Positions 46,301 through 58,781 of a DNA stretch of 64,000 nt are shown piece by piece. The notes beneath the pieces were generated by a model, which did no database searches, was not told the DNA's origin, and saw only the letters and a list, made by a program, of their open reading frames with translations. The stretch comes from Eutreptiella sp. 'Long Island Sound 2002'. Taxonomy: Eukaryota > Protista > Euglenida. Numbering within the stretch: the stretch's first letter is position 1; every line of letters begins with the position of its first letter. The stretch lies in contig OZ038379.1 in assembly GCA_964036045.1 (NCBI GenBank), forward strand, positions 12,276,001 through 12,340,000, in the 5' to 3' direction. A program made the position numbers and the translations under genes.

Positions 46301-49300
46301 GAAGGGGCGCAGGGCAAGGTGGCGCAAGGGCGCAGCATGGGGTTGCGCAGGGGTGCAGCAATGGGCACGGCATGACCTTCAGAAAGAGGGCCAGAAAGAG
46401 AGGGGGCTGATGTACAGGCATCTGCTGGAGATGGTGTAAAGGCCAGGGATGTATTAGAACGACCGTTTACCGTCGGAGGAGGGGGGATCCCCCCCCCCCC
46501 CGCTGGACCCCTCTCCCCCCCCCCCCCGCCCCTCCTCCCGTTCCACTGTTTGAGGCAGAATTTTCTTCTGCGCCTTTGGTGCAACAGGATTTAAGCTTAA
46601 AAATTTTTTTCTGGCACCTTTGACGCCGGGGTCAGGGGGACCATACAAGGATCCAGTATATCCAATACATCTCTGGTAGAGGCCCCCCGGGTGCACCTAG
46701 GGTTGGTCGTGCTTTGAGATGACGCTGGATGAAGTCGAAGGCATCGGTATCCACCGCTTGGCAGTCATGGGGCAGCTTGTAGGGGTCCTGGAGCACGTCG
46801 ACTGTACGATCACCTCAGCCCCAGAGACCCCGTGCTTTGCGGAGACGAATACCTGCCGTGGGCGTGGGTTCCTCTGGGCTTTGATGTTCACTGGCGCTTA
46901 GCCACGATGGAGATGGCGGCCGCGGAGTACGTCCGCACCCCGTCCCCCCTTTACAGACCCCCACACCTTCGTCAAAGGCTGTCTTCAATTGGTTGATTTT
47001 TTTTTACCATTTTAGGCGGGTGCCCAGAATTTTGCTTCACAACTCAACATCTCGCGGGTGGGGGGTGGGGTGGGGGGGATCTAACACCCCCCCCAAAGCC
47101 CCCGGTAAGTGATTGGGCCGCATTGTCCATTGGCCGACAAGGACGGTCAGGGATGGCAATAAGAAGCGCGGGTGGAGATGGGACATGGGAGTGGGTTCGG
47201 GCCCTAGTCCCCTGTCTGCCCTGTCCTGCCACCCCCCCCCCCCCCCCAATGTACAGCTGCAGTAGTATGGCATTTGTTGGTCTTCTGGGAACGGGGGGTT
47301 TCAGTCGGGTTTGTTGTGCCCCGTCCCATGTGAAGACAAAGGCCTCACAATCCTCTGCGGGGTTGGGGTCCCCCCCGCACAGCTCAGCCCCACCCTTTAG
47401 CAACGCTCTGCGTGTGCCTCGTGGGTTCATTTGTATGTCTGCGGGAATGCCCTGTTTCGGTTTCACACGTGGCGACTGGGGAGCGGGTTCTGACCCCCGG
47501 CTTGCGTGAACCTGACCGCCCACTTGTGTCACCATTCCCTTGCCCGTGTGGACTCAAATGGAATTAAGAGGGGATTCGAGAATGTCGCCAAAACGCCACA
47601 AAGAATACGTCACCCTCTTTTGGGCCCCCATGAAGGCAGGGGTGAGGTAGCCACTTCTGATTTAGTTCTACTTTATTGGGGACCACTTCTGAATTTTTGC
47701 TCCCCGCGCTTGGTGTTGGGGATCCCCGAGAATGGGGTGACAAAGCATACCCGCCCTCTTTTGGGCCCCCGAGAAGGCAGGGGTGAGGTAGCCACTTCTG
47801 ATTTTGTTCCCCTTTGTTGGTGACCACTTCTGAATTTTTGCTCCCCGCGCTTGGCGTTGGGGATCCCCGAGAATGCAGGGGCACCATAGCATTTCCGCCC
47901 CCTTTTTGGCCCCCGAGAAGGCAGGGGTGAGGTAGCCACTTCTGATTTTGCTCCCCTTTGTTGGGAACCACTTCTGAATTTTTGCTCCCTGCGCTTGGCG
48001 TTGCAAGGCAAACATATGCTGAGGACGATGGGGGATTGGACTGTCGAACCATAGCCTATTGGGGTGGAGTCTCCGGACTCGAGTCCAAGGGTTGTAGGGA
48101 TGCGTCCATGGTACCCGGAGTCTGAGGCATTGCCTTTGCAACTAGGAACAAAATAGAAACAACACCGTTTGTGTGCCTTTCCATAGTAGGTTTCCGTAGT
48201 AGTGATGCAGTAGCTCATGGTAGGTGGCTGTGTCAAACAAGGTACCCCTCGCCTTTGTCATAGCCACGCCCTTGTCCATGCCACAGTAAGTAGGGACCGT
48301 ATTTATTTCAAACCTACTTGAATTCGGTACCAAATGTAGTGCAGTCACATAAGACATGGTCTTGGTGATGAATATGCCACATACATAGAGTCATCCTTAA
48401 TATGTCTTCTGTTGCAAGGCATACATATGCTGAGGACGATGGGGGATTGGACTGTCGGACCATAGCCTATTGGGGTGGAGTCTCCGGACTCGAGTCCAAG
48501 GGTTGTAGGGATGCGTCCATGGTACCCGGAGTCTATGGCATTGCCTTTGCAACCAAAAACAAAATAGAAACAGCACCTATTTTTTCGGCAGTAAAACGGG
48601 TTACATGGCCGAGAAAAACGGGTTAATAGCCCGTTTTCGTGCCGGTAAAACGGGTTACTTGCACGTTTTACATGTAAATAAACGAAATGAATAATATGTA
48701 ATACATGAACATACATAATACATAATTTAAATAATGGAAAACAATGATTTTGTGAACTAACAAGCGTAGCGTCATGACACAAGAACTTTTGCGGAGTAGC
48801 TGCGGAGTAGCGGCACGAGCAGACAATTGGGTTTACGGTGGGTGCAAAAGTATTGAAATGCCCTCCCTTTAGCATTTACAGCATGAGGGCAAACACCTAC
48901 GTACTATGCAATTGAACTTTATGACACTTGCTACTAACATCGGTGCTTGCACTCCATCATTTTGCGTTGATTCCAAAGCACAATATGCGGGTGAGACACA
49001 TGCAGCCCATCCATGTCCTCAAAGCTTCATGATGCGTGACACTCGGATGGTTTATGTTCATCCTTGCTTCAAGAGACAAATACAAAACCTTAAGTTTAAC
49101 CCTAGTGCATGCACGAAACAATACTAAACAATGCTTGCCTCGGCTCACTGGCCTGTTCAGTTGCCACCGTAGTGGCCAGTATAACATCGTTGTGACCGAC
49201 AGCGTTCGCCTCCCCGCAGGGGACCCGACCAATACCCACACGTTCACGCACTCACTCACCCGCGTATTCTGTCATGTCCCGCCGACGAAAGCAAAGATAC

Positions 49301-49726
49301 ATTCAACATACAGTGCCCCGTCCCTGCCCATCATAGCTGGTCATGCGCGGATGTAACTCAATCGCGGCAGGGGGTGGGTGGGTGGGGTCAGAGCAGGCCA
49401 CCCTCTCACCTTCAAACCCCCCCCCTGCGCCCACTACTGTCGCTCTTAAGCTGGACATCCCACCGCTCCCACTCCACAAAACAGCTATGAAGTGTGGCAG
49501 AAACCCGCCCCGATTAGTGGCAGGGGGTGGGGGGGGGGGGGGGGGGGACAAACTGACAAATGCCTAATGAAGAGGTAATTAAGTTAAACCAGTGTTTTGA
49601 GCAAGCTCAAAACACGAGTTTAACCCTAGTGCATGCACGAAACAATACTAAACAATGCTTGCCTCGGCTCACTGGAAAGCTTTACCAGGCTGGCTTCTGA
49701 CACCCGCGGCGCGACCCAGGTGGGCG

Positions 49727-52700
49727 TCATACATAAGCTAGGCCTTGCACCCAGCAGAGTTCAGGATACTTCTGCAATACTCGCCATCTCTCCCACGCCT
49801 CCAACTCAGCTTGGTGCACCCGCCCCCCGAAATCCATGTCCACTCGACTCATTGGATCGGCAGGATGAAGCTCTGACGGCACCCAAATTAGACGTACTAT
49901 CACTCCTGTGTTATACAGCACCCACGTCAGTGCGCGCAACACACGCAACTGGGTACGCAGATGGGATGCTGCCTTCAAACCCCTCACCTGAGCAATGCCC
50001 ACCATACTGTCGGCGAAGACAGTGAAAACCTTCCAACCCAACCGCACCGCCAATCTCACCGCCCACGCTATGCCCATGAGCTCCGCCACCTGCTGGTTAC
50101 AGGGTCCGTCCGGGCATACCCATGTTCGCACAGACTGGTTAGCAGGCAACACACCACCCACCCTGTAGCAAACACCGTCTTTGGCGGCATCCACCAATAT
50201 CACAGCCCCAAACAAATCGCCTCTAGATGCCGGCCTTTCAGAGAGGCACCAACCTCCCAGCTGCCGTACCCTTCGCATGCGCGACTCCGACAGCGGTCTC
50301 CACTTCTGGCCTATGCGCGCAATTGCTGTCGCCAATCCCTCCAACACTTTAACAGGGGTGGCTGGCGCCCTTTCCGGTCCAAATCTCGACCAGGCATACG
50401 CTCCTGCGAGCACCCCTGAAAACCCGCGTCGTGGCCCTAAATGCCACTGCAGGGTACCCAGCAGCTTGTCCAGCCGCCGCTTCGAGTACCCCCCCGTGGC
50501 CAGTCGCAACCACGCAACCAGGAACTGGAGGAACACAAAAGGCTGCACTTGGATGGAACGTTCTTTCAAATCAACCACCTTCCCCAAGGCCTGTAGCTTC
50601 TGGACGGGGCTCAGTGTGCTCTTAGCACTAACCAAGAATCCCGCCCGCACGATACGATCTTTCAAGTGACTCGTGGTTGTCCCAAGCAGGGGTTTGTCGC
50701 TGGATAACAAAATAAAGTCATCCAAGTAATGCACCAAAAAGACCCCATCCGGCACTGCATCTCCCACCACCCGCCCCAATATCTCCTGACACAGATAGGG
50801 CGAAAAGGCCCACCCATTGACAAACGGGAGGCGGTCCAGCGACACGAGCCCCCCCTTCTGGTGGGTAAAGAAGCGGAAAATTCGCCTCGCTTTTCTGGGT
50901 AACAGGAACGACCAGAAGGCATTAGAGAGGTCGATATGAGTACCGTACAGTTCCACCCCAGCCGGCTGCTCCGCCATCCATCTACCTATTCCCTCCCAAG
51001 ACGCTAGTGAAAACTTTGGTGGCTTGAGATGCAATCCCCTGTGAATACCCACGCAACTTAAAATCAAGGAGCACTTAATATCATTTTTAATTTGGGTATT
51101 ACAAAAGGAAAACAGGTTGGCGGTAGAGAGGGTGATTCATCATGTAAAACACCAGTCCTTCGAATGGCGTCCGTCATTCCACTCACCGTTGCTCGCACCC
51201 TCCCATTTCCCCTGTCAGCCTCCCGCAAATCAAAAGTTCTCATGAATTCCAAAAACTCCGGGGGCACCGCAGCATCCCATTCCGCTTCAGACATCGCATA
51301 GCACCCCACATTACCTATACCAGCCTCCAAAATCTCCGGGGTGACCTTCGCTTCCCTAGGCTTGGGAGAGGTGGAGATCGAGGTGATTAACAGAATCCCA
51401 AACCCCTGGCGAGAGGTACTGTACTGCCATCAGGCAAATCCCCAGTGGCTCATCCAACCGAAAGTCCTCACAAACAGAAATAATGCGATTCAACAGTATC
51501 CACAGACGACGCACCAGAACCCCTACTGCACACTGTAGCCTACACTTGAGCCACCAGAAGTGTTGGGTCAGCACAGCCATGATGGTCAGGAGAATTCCAC
51601 CTTTAAGATGCAGGCCAGCCTCCGTGCCCACCCAACCCCCCAGAATCCCAGGCACTCTCAAGGGGGAGCCCAGGGGCTGGTCACCGTTGCTGGCGAGCCC
51701 CCCCCCCTGGTGCTGCCGGCTCCACTGGGTAGAGTCCTGGATCGCTTCCGTCCCGGTCCGGACTCTCCATTGCTGTGCCGCGGTCGTCGTGTAGCTCCCG
51801 CCACCCTTGTGGTAACCGGGCGTCTCGTTGAAGGCGTCGCCACCGCCACCGCCGCGCCACCCTTCCGGCCTGCTGGTACTGAAAGGGCTCTGCCACCCAC
51901 CGTACGCTTGACTCCTCGGTGCCCTCGGGCAGGCTCAGCGGCTGACCGCCATGGCCCCGACTTCGTTGGCGCCTTTGGTCGTCCCGGCGGCGGCGCCGTG
52001 AATCTGAACTTTGCCCTCTCTCCTCCATTGCCGGGCACTTGCTGCCCAGCACTCGCTGCATCGCTGGCATCCGATCCCCCGCTGGGGAGTGTCAATGGAC
52101 CGGCAGGACCCGCAAGTCCCCGCTCAGCGACACCTGGCCTCCCCATCGTCGGTCCTGCTCTTGAACTCCTTCTTGCCTCTGGCGCTGGAACAACCTCTGC
52201 AGTCCTCCGGACACCCGAACGCACACTCGGCCCATCATCGGCCGATACTCCTGATCCCGTGTCCTCCGATGAACTGCCCAAGTCTGCCGCATCAGATCTC
52301 GGTTCCCCTGCAAATCTCTTACCCCTGAACATACTGGGCGCTGCTCGGCGTCGCTCGCTCCGGCCCCACACCGGCCGGTTTTTGTCCTGATGCCGCTCAT
52401 CGAACATGATGTCTCCCCATACTTGCTGCGGATCCGCGAAAGCTGCCGCTGATACGGAACCCCAAACCTGTGGTAGACAAAGCGGGGCCACAACCTCTTC
52501 ATCTCGGTACCCAAGCGCATACGCCATTGCCGTCGCCGTTGCTGCCCATCTGCCCCACCATTTAAAATGAGGCAGGGCCGGTCCTCTCTTCCAGCACGCT
52601 GCAGCTCCTCCACGTCGGAAACAGTGCCACCGATGTCGGGACCATGCCGTCCCACGCACCAAGTCCGCCATTGTTTTCTCGAGCTGAGGAGCCCCTGCAG

Positions 52701-53078
52701 GAAAGAGCAAGTCGTCCCTGGCGCACCCTCGTCCCTCAGCCCAGTCGTGAAGCCACTCAACAAACGGCCTGACCCAAGGAGGCACCGGCCTCCTCTGCCA
52801 CCCTTCATGTCCTGTCTTACTATTCCAAAAAACCAAATAACTGCTGTCACGTACATCCCCAACACGTACGCTAGCAGCCTCCGCCACTCTAAGAAAACAA
52901 ACATATGACACCAGGGCCATTGCCACGACCGCCCTTTCGCCATCCGAAGTCGTTCTATCCACCAAATGACGCAGCAGTACAGGACTTGCATATTCTTGGA
53001 CTCCCGCTTGGGCCCCCGCTTTAGCAAGCCGCCAATGCAGTGGTTTGACGACCCCTGCAACCATTTGGAGGTCTTCAC
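49727..53078 (-). pseudogene. RT-RNase H, copy 2, frameshifted
   Basis: Split into several ORF pieces by insertions at 51087-51090 and 51378-51381 and by a +1 C run. There is also an in-frame VN insertion in RLPF(VN)GWAFSP. Confidence 0.92.
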
Positions 53079-53328
53079 AAGCCCGCACTACCGAGATGAT
53101 GCCTCTCGCCCCACTTGAGCTGCCACCATTTTGAACGTGCTGAGCGAGTTTCCGAGATAGGATGGAAGGCAAGTTGCCCTCTTCTCCCAAGGATTCCTCA
53201 AGGTCTCCCAACCTTCGCAAACTGGACGCGTATCCAGCCGTCGTAGACGGCTTCCAACCCCGAATTGCAACACCCACAGGTGTTGTGGGTTCTTCCTCAC
53301 GTCGGTGCGACTCAAACTCAAGCGCCAA
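51658..53328 (-). CDS. Tyrosine recombinase, copy 2 (catalytic domain intact)
   Basis: 556-aa ORF with the same R-K-H-R-W-Y motifs and an in-frame 2-aa insertion in the tail. Confidence 0.9.
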   Translation of the reverse strand: MALEFESHRREEEPTTPVGVAIRGWKPSTTAGYASSLRRLGDLEESLGEEGNLPSILSRKLAQHVQNGGSSSGARGIISVVRACEDLQMVAGVVKPLHWRLAKAGAQAGVQEYASPVLLRHLVDRTTSDGERAVVAMALVSYVCFLRVAEAASVRVGDVRDSSYLVFWNSKTGHEGWQRRPVPPWVRPFVEWLHDWAEGRGCARDDLLFPAGAPQLEKTMADLVRGTAWSRHRWHCFRRGGAAACWKRGPALPHFKWWGRWAATATAMAYALGYRDEEVVAPLCLPQVWGSVSAAAFADPQQVWGDIMFDERHQDKNRPVWGRSERRRAAPSMFRGKRFAGEPRSDAADLGSSSEDTGSGVSADDGPSVRSGVRRTAEVVPAPEARRSSRAGPTMGRPGVAERGLAGPAGPLTLPSGGSDASDAASAGQQVPGNGGERAKFRFTAPPPGRPKAPTKSGPWRSAAEPARGHRGVKRTVGGRALSVPAGRKGGAAVAVATPSTRRPVTTRVAGATRRPRHSNGESGPGRKRSRTLPSGAGSTRGGGSPATVTSPWAPP

Positions 53329-56300
53329 CCACCGGTACGTCGGCCTCTGCTCTCCCGGTGGTTCGATCCCCGCGACGGCATCCCGATACCGCCACGGGTT
53401 TTCTCGTCACGACCACAATGGGCACCGGAAACACCAGTACCGCAAGTTCTCCAGCTTTCCCGCCGCCGTGCATCTACGGCAATTAAATCTTCGCTGGGTT
53501 GTGCGTCCACCGGTATCCAGTCTCCGGCCTTGGATAACCAGTAGGCTACCCCGTCCCGTTTCTTGAATTGAATACTCTTGTTTTGGGAAATTCAGTATGG
53601 TTTTCGGGACACTCTGCAGAGGGAGAAGGCGACCTACGGTCGGCAATGTTTGCAGTGGCACCCAGTGGTGTAGGGAAAGGGCAAAGAGGGGTTGGGTTGG
53701 GTAAGGTGATACCCCACACATGAATTTTGCATGAAAAATGACAAATTTCCAACAAAGAAAAAACCAACGCGTACGTGTTGAGATTTCAACACGTACGCGT
53801 CTATGTGAACAGATCTTAGCAGTTATATATCTCCAGGAATCCCCGCCACTCGCCATGGCCTCATCAAAATTTTCCGACTTTCCTTTGGGCCCCGATGCTT
53901 GTCCCGGCGAATACCTCTTCACGTAAGTCGCATGTGCAACAATGAGGACTTTCCACATTCTGTACGCCAACGCATCTCCGAGACTTAATTGTTCTCCTTG
54001 CTTACCTCCCACGTCTGCTGGCCTACTCGGCTTCGGAACCGCCGTCACATACTGCTTTAATACCGCACATGCATCCTTCATCCAAACCGTGACTCTTTCC
54101 TTCTTCAAAAACTCCTCTATCCCATCCAAGTTGAGGTCCGGGATTTCCGTGTCCTTGCGCTTTTCAATCTCCGTGGCGGCTAATTGTACCCTCAAGCGCT
54201 CCACCTCCGCATCCTGTCGACGGAGCATGGCCTTCAACTCGGCCAATTCCTTGGCCGTACCCGATTCCGCGTGTGAATCGTCGGACACAAAAATTGCGTC
54301 CTCTTGCATCCCGCTGCTCCCGTGAAGCCCGGACATGGCAAAAAGGGAACAAACTGACAAATGCCTAATGAAGAGGTAATTAAGTTAAACCAGTGTTTTG
54401 AGCAAGCACAAAACACGAGGCTCCCAATTAGGAGGTGTGTTCAAATTCACCCGGATAGTACATGGAAGGGTGAATTGTACAACACAATGCAAAGCAAGCG
54501 AGCAGCGCTCAAAAGCTCAAAGACATGGAACTCGATATAGACAGCAAAATGCGGTGCCCCATGTGCTGCTGGTCTCAACACCAATAATCTGATGGGGGGC
54601 ACGGTACAAAAGGGATTGAAAACAGGAAAATGGACGACCCTTGGACGTCTCAGTTTGAATGGCATCGCATCTATACCATAAACAATTTGTCATTTGGGGC
54701 ACGCCAACTCTTCGGCAATCGCGAAGTCTCCCGAGGCAGAAGGAATACCTTCTCGAGCCTTCCGTAGGATGGGATCAAATTTTACCCGCGCCCGCAAGGG
54801 TCGGCCAAAACCAAAACCAAACAAAACCAAAATTTGGTGCCACGCACAGGTTAGCAGCTGCTACAAGCGGAAAAGTAAGGATGCGGGCTTCAATGGGGGA
54901 GAGCTGATGAAAATGTTCTCAAATAAAATGCATCCGGGCTGCACCCGTGACAAGTGGTAAAAGAGCCTTCTCCGTTCTCAAATTGTGCAATGCCAGTAAG
55001 GGAAACCACTTCAAGTGATAGCGACATCCACACGATGCAAGCCAATCCACCCTCCACCATTGAGTGCAAAAGTCCAAGATATCGCACTTTTGATGCCAAT
55101 TCAAACGAAAGCGGATGGTTCGCCGCTGCTGTGCATAGCGCATGACGTCGTGCCTGCAAAATCGTTCAAAAACCCAGTTCAGCCGCAAACGGTGGTCACT
55201 AGTGAAAAAATATGAACACGACTCTCCAATACGGCCATGTGGTTGGTCGGCATGGCAAATCCCTGCTCTGGCACTCCCCGGGAACCTAGTGACTTGGGAG
55301 GAAGAAGCGACTCGGCGAAACTTTTGCGTCCTCTTGGTACGGCCATGGGGACATACGGAGAGAATGGGCCCAATTGTGGTTGTAGCTCACGTGTTCCCTT
55401 TGCAAGATTTTGTCCTTCATGCAAAACGGAAAATCTTTGAATCTTTGAATTGATAAAAAAAAAGCATAACCATGGATTGTCTCATTGAAATGATACATTT
55501 AGACGATTTAATGGGATAGCACTGTCGAAACAATCAACATCATTCACTTTTCTTTTTTTTGGGCCCCTAGCCTGCATTCTGAAATTGCCAAATTTCTGCA
55601 ATAGATAGAAATCAGAATCAGAAATGTGATCCTAGAAAATCCGGTTCCAACATTGTGTCAATTCCTGAATGTCCTGTCAGATACTGAGGAGAAAAGATGA
55701 CGCGGCTAAGTAAGGGATAAGTCGCATCCCACAAATGTGTCAGGAACGCCACAACGCAGCGTCGTCCTGAGACGTACCGTGAATTACGTAGCAAGCATCT
55801 GCGCTCTGTGTACAGAGACTCTAGTGCGTACTTCTGTACGCGCTTTGCCACAGCTTGCCGCTGGCGCTACCAGCGCCGTTCCATAGGCTGCAAATTGCAT
55901 ACTGGCACCTGGTGGTTTGACACTCCGTGATCTGCCCGGTTACCCGCTTGACCGTTTCTGTGGCTACTGTGGGGACCGCGAAGGCACCAAAACGGTGCCT
56001 GACTGTGTTGACCTGTATATACAGTAGAGTGATTGATCGATCACCCAGGTGTGATACCTGAGTTTCAATCTGCCACAGATCCGACAGCAGCCAAAACATC
56101 GGCGTTGTCCACATGTGACACTAAACTCATGAGTACTTGGGTCGAATGCATGTACTTCGTCCACCGCGGGTGGTAGTAGCTTTAAAGCTATCAATCAGCA
56201 AGATTGGTCGGCAATTGATTGTCATCGTCCTCCTCCTCTTGAACCTCCTCATCTTCCTCCCCATCTCTACCATGAAATCAACCCAAGCTGGGTCATTCTC

Positions 56301-57580
56301 ATCATCCTCATCACTATCCTCATTAAAGTGCCGGTGCCTCAACTCCAGGGGACGGATTCCACAACAAGTGCTTGGAGACACACTACAGCACTAGGTGGGA
56401 AAAAACTTTTTGTGCTTCGCACCCCGAATTTGCGTTCATGAAATTGCCGCTCTGGTTTTGGTGCCTTGGGCTTGCCTTACTCGATCACTGCCCAAAAGGC
56501 TCAGCCTCGGCACAAGTCGGCTCTGACATACTTGGTGGGAGCAGATGTGCGACGTGATTCGCTGCACGTCCTTGGTTAGCCGTGCTTAGCACATTCAGAA
56601 TTCCCTCTTACGCTTTGTGCCTGCTTTGTGCCCATGCATGCTTATGTGCATTCATTCAAGGAACAATACCGCCGAAGGCGGCGAAGCAAAGAATGAGGAA
56701 CACATCAAAATACATCCCTGAGGTTGGGCTCCATTAGAAAATTAGGAAAACATCCTGGCTCTACAAAACACATTATTAGAACATAAGGATAAGGAAAAAA
56801 GCCCGCGGTGGCCGAGGCCATTATTATTCCTTATTTAACACAAATTCTGCAGTACGACAAGAATATTCGAGATCTTGGGATAGGAGTTTCAAAATGGAAA
56901 TGAATGGAGTTTAGCTGGAACGGAGTTTTTCAAATGGAATGAGTTGCCAGGGTCCGGAACGGACTTTATGAAGGGAACATCTTGGGATATGCACATTCCC
57001 TTGGGGATCCACACGGCAATACCCCTTTCAGCACGATGTGCAAACACTCTGTCCAACAGCGGAGTGGTGTTCCGCTAGTGGTGGTGAGCCTATGTACCCC
57101 AACAAGTACAACCCTCACCAGCACACGCTCTCACGGTGCAACAAGAGCGCAAACTGCGTGCCCCGTCTCCCTTCAGGCCATCCTCAGCACTGCCGGTCAC
57201 GGCAAGTTCATCCGTGAAGCAACATGTACCTCGCGGCACGTCTTCAGTAAACTCGATGCATGTTCCCGCACCAAAAACGGGGCTTCCACCAAAACCTTGC
57301 GTCTAATTCCCCTAAACGAATGCCTCGGGTGTGTGCTCTTGTGGTAAAGTTGTCGGGGAAATCTTCGCGCCAAACGGGGGCTCCGGATGGGAAACGGAGT
57401 ACAGAACCTTTGTTCGATGATCTAGGGATTTTTCACATGTATCCAAACCCCAACCAAGCTTAGGTTGGCGGCTCAATTCAAAGATTCAAAGATTTTCCGT
57501 TTTGCATGAAGGACAAAATCTTGCAAAGGGAACACGTGAGCTACCACCACAATTGGGCCCATTCCCTCCCAAGTCACTAG

Positions 57581-57735
57581 ATGCAACCTGTAACGCCTTC
57601 TTGAACACGTCAGGCGGGCAAATCAGGTTTGGCGTAGCTGCCGATGGCAGTGTGAAGGGTCTCCAAGCTGACCGCAAGGAGCGTGACACAATTCGCCTAT
57701 GTGCGGACACCTTCATCAACGCTATGGACCCGCAG
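57581..57735 (+). CDS. Schlafen/AlbA_2 domain exon, 5'-truncated
   Basis: ATCNAFLNTSGGQIRFGVAADGSVKGLQADRKERDTIRLCADTFINAMDPQ matches the AlbA_2 pattern CAFLNxxGGxLxxGVxDDGxVxGL. Donor CAG|GTATGG. Confidence 0.85.
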
Positions 57736-57897
57736 GTATGGGTTCAGAAAGGAAACAGGCCGTATTTGCAGGGCCGGCCACACATAGGTATTATCGTTTC
57801 TTCCGTTGAAGATTTTATTCATGTCTCCATAGGCACTTGTCTGTTTTGCTCTTTCAAATCTTCTTTGGCACCCACATGTTCCTGAATGGGCACCGAC

Positions 57898-57962
57898 ATT
57901 GGTGTTGGTGTTGGTGTTGAGGTTGGTGCAAGTGTGGGTGCTGGTGCTGGTGCTGGTGCTGG
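57898..57962 (+). repeat. (GGTGTT/GGTGCT)n hexamer repeat in intron
   Basis: Directly visible. Confidence 0.85.
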
Positions 57963-58053
57963 GACTTGGACTGATGTTGTGCTTGGACAAGGCCTTGATC
58001 AGGGCTTGGAGAGAGCCGTAATGCTCGGGGGATTGCTTCAACCTTTGCCACAG

Positions 58054-58130
58054 GTGGATCTCACAGAAGCGAAGTATAAAGTTGTATTCACACCTGTCAA
58101 CTGCCCTGAAGAAGAAAATAAGATCGAGCG
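58054..58130 (+). CDS. Schlafen/AlbA_2 exon 2
   Basis: TTTGCCACAG| gives VDLTEAKYKVVFTPVNCPEEENKIER, then |GTGTGT; phase 0-2. Confidence 0.75.
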
Positions 58131-58781
58131 GTGTGTGGTTTTCATGTTTGCATGCCTGCACAAACAACTGTGAGGGAATGGACACGGTTCACGGATCTGG
58201 GCATGGTTGACTCAGGCCCATTTGATGCTTTGGTGGCATTTGCACCAATCCAATATGGCCTGACATCGGTCTTTTAGTATCTCTGTTTGTGTGCTCCCAG
58301 CTAAGCACTCCGCATCTTGCTGCACCGTGAGGCGAGAGGAGGTACCGGGACGTCCCTGAGGGCGCCCGAGTGCCCTATATGTATCTTGCGAAACGACCAC
58401 AATGGCGCATTATAATTTTGGTGGTCTTATGGAGGGGCGTTGTTCCGGAATCCAGTACAACCCTCCAGAGAGGAGTGGGACACCCAGAAGATGAGTACCA
58501 AACAGTGGTAAACCCTCAGGAGCCCCGTGCATACAGATGCAGTCGACCAAGACCCAGCAGGACCGGACATGCAAATTCAGTGTGCTGAGAGGAGGATTGT
58601 AAGGATGTAGAATTAGCCTAATGATGAGGCTGAAATTTGGTTTACAACAAGGGGGAGCAACGTAGAGCAGTGTGTATATCCCAGGTGCAGATTCTCTCAT
58701 TGTAAAAGTGGTATGTATGGCTGATTTGTGGTTGGCTTGGGTTCACATTGGTTGAACTGTGTGGGTGCCTCCATTTCTCAG

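Larger units (their letters stand above)
49095..54419 (-). mobile_element. Second copy of the TATE/VIPER-like YR retrotransposon, RT inactivated
   Basis: Same ends and split repeats as copy 1, plus five extra 4-6 bp insertions and a homopolymer change. Confidence 0.95.
43353..57580 (+). repeat. ~14.2-kb near-identical duplicate of 18830-33049
   Basis: The offset between matching ORFs drifts only from 24523 to 24559 and back to 24531. The copy ends at ...AAGTCACTAG (57580 = 33049). Confidence 0.97.
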
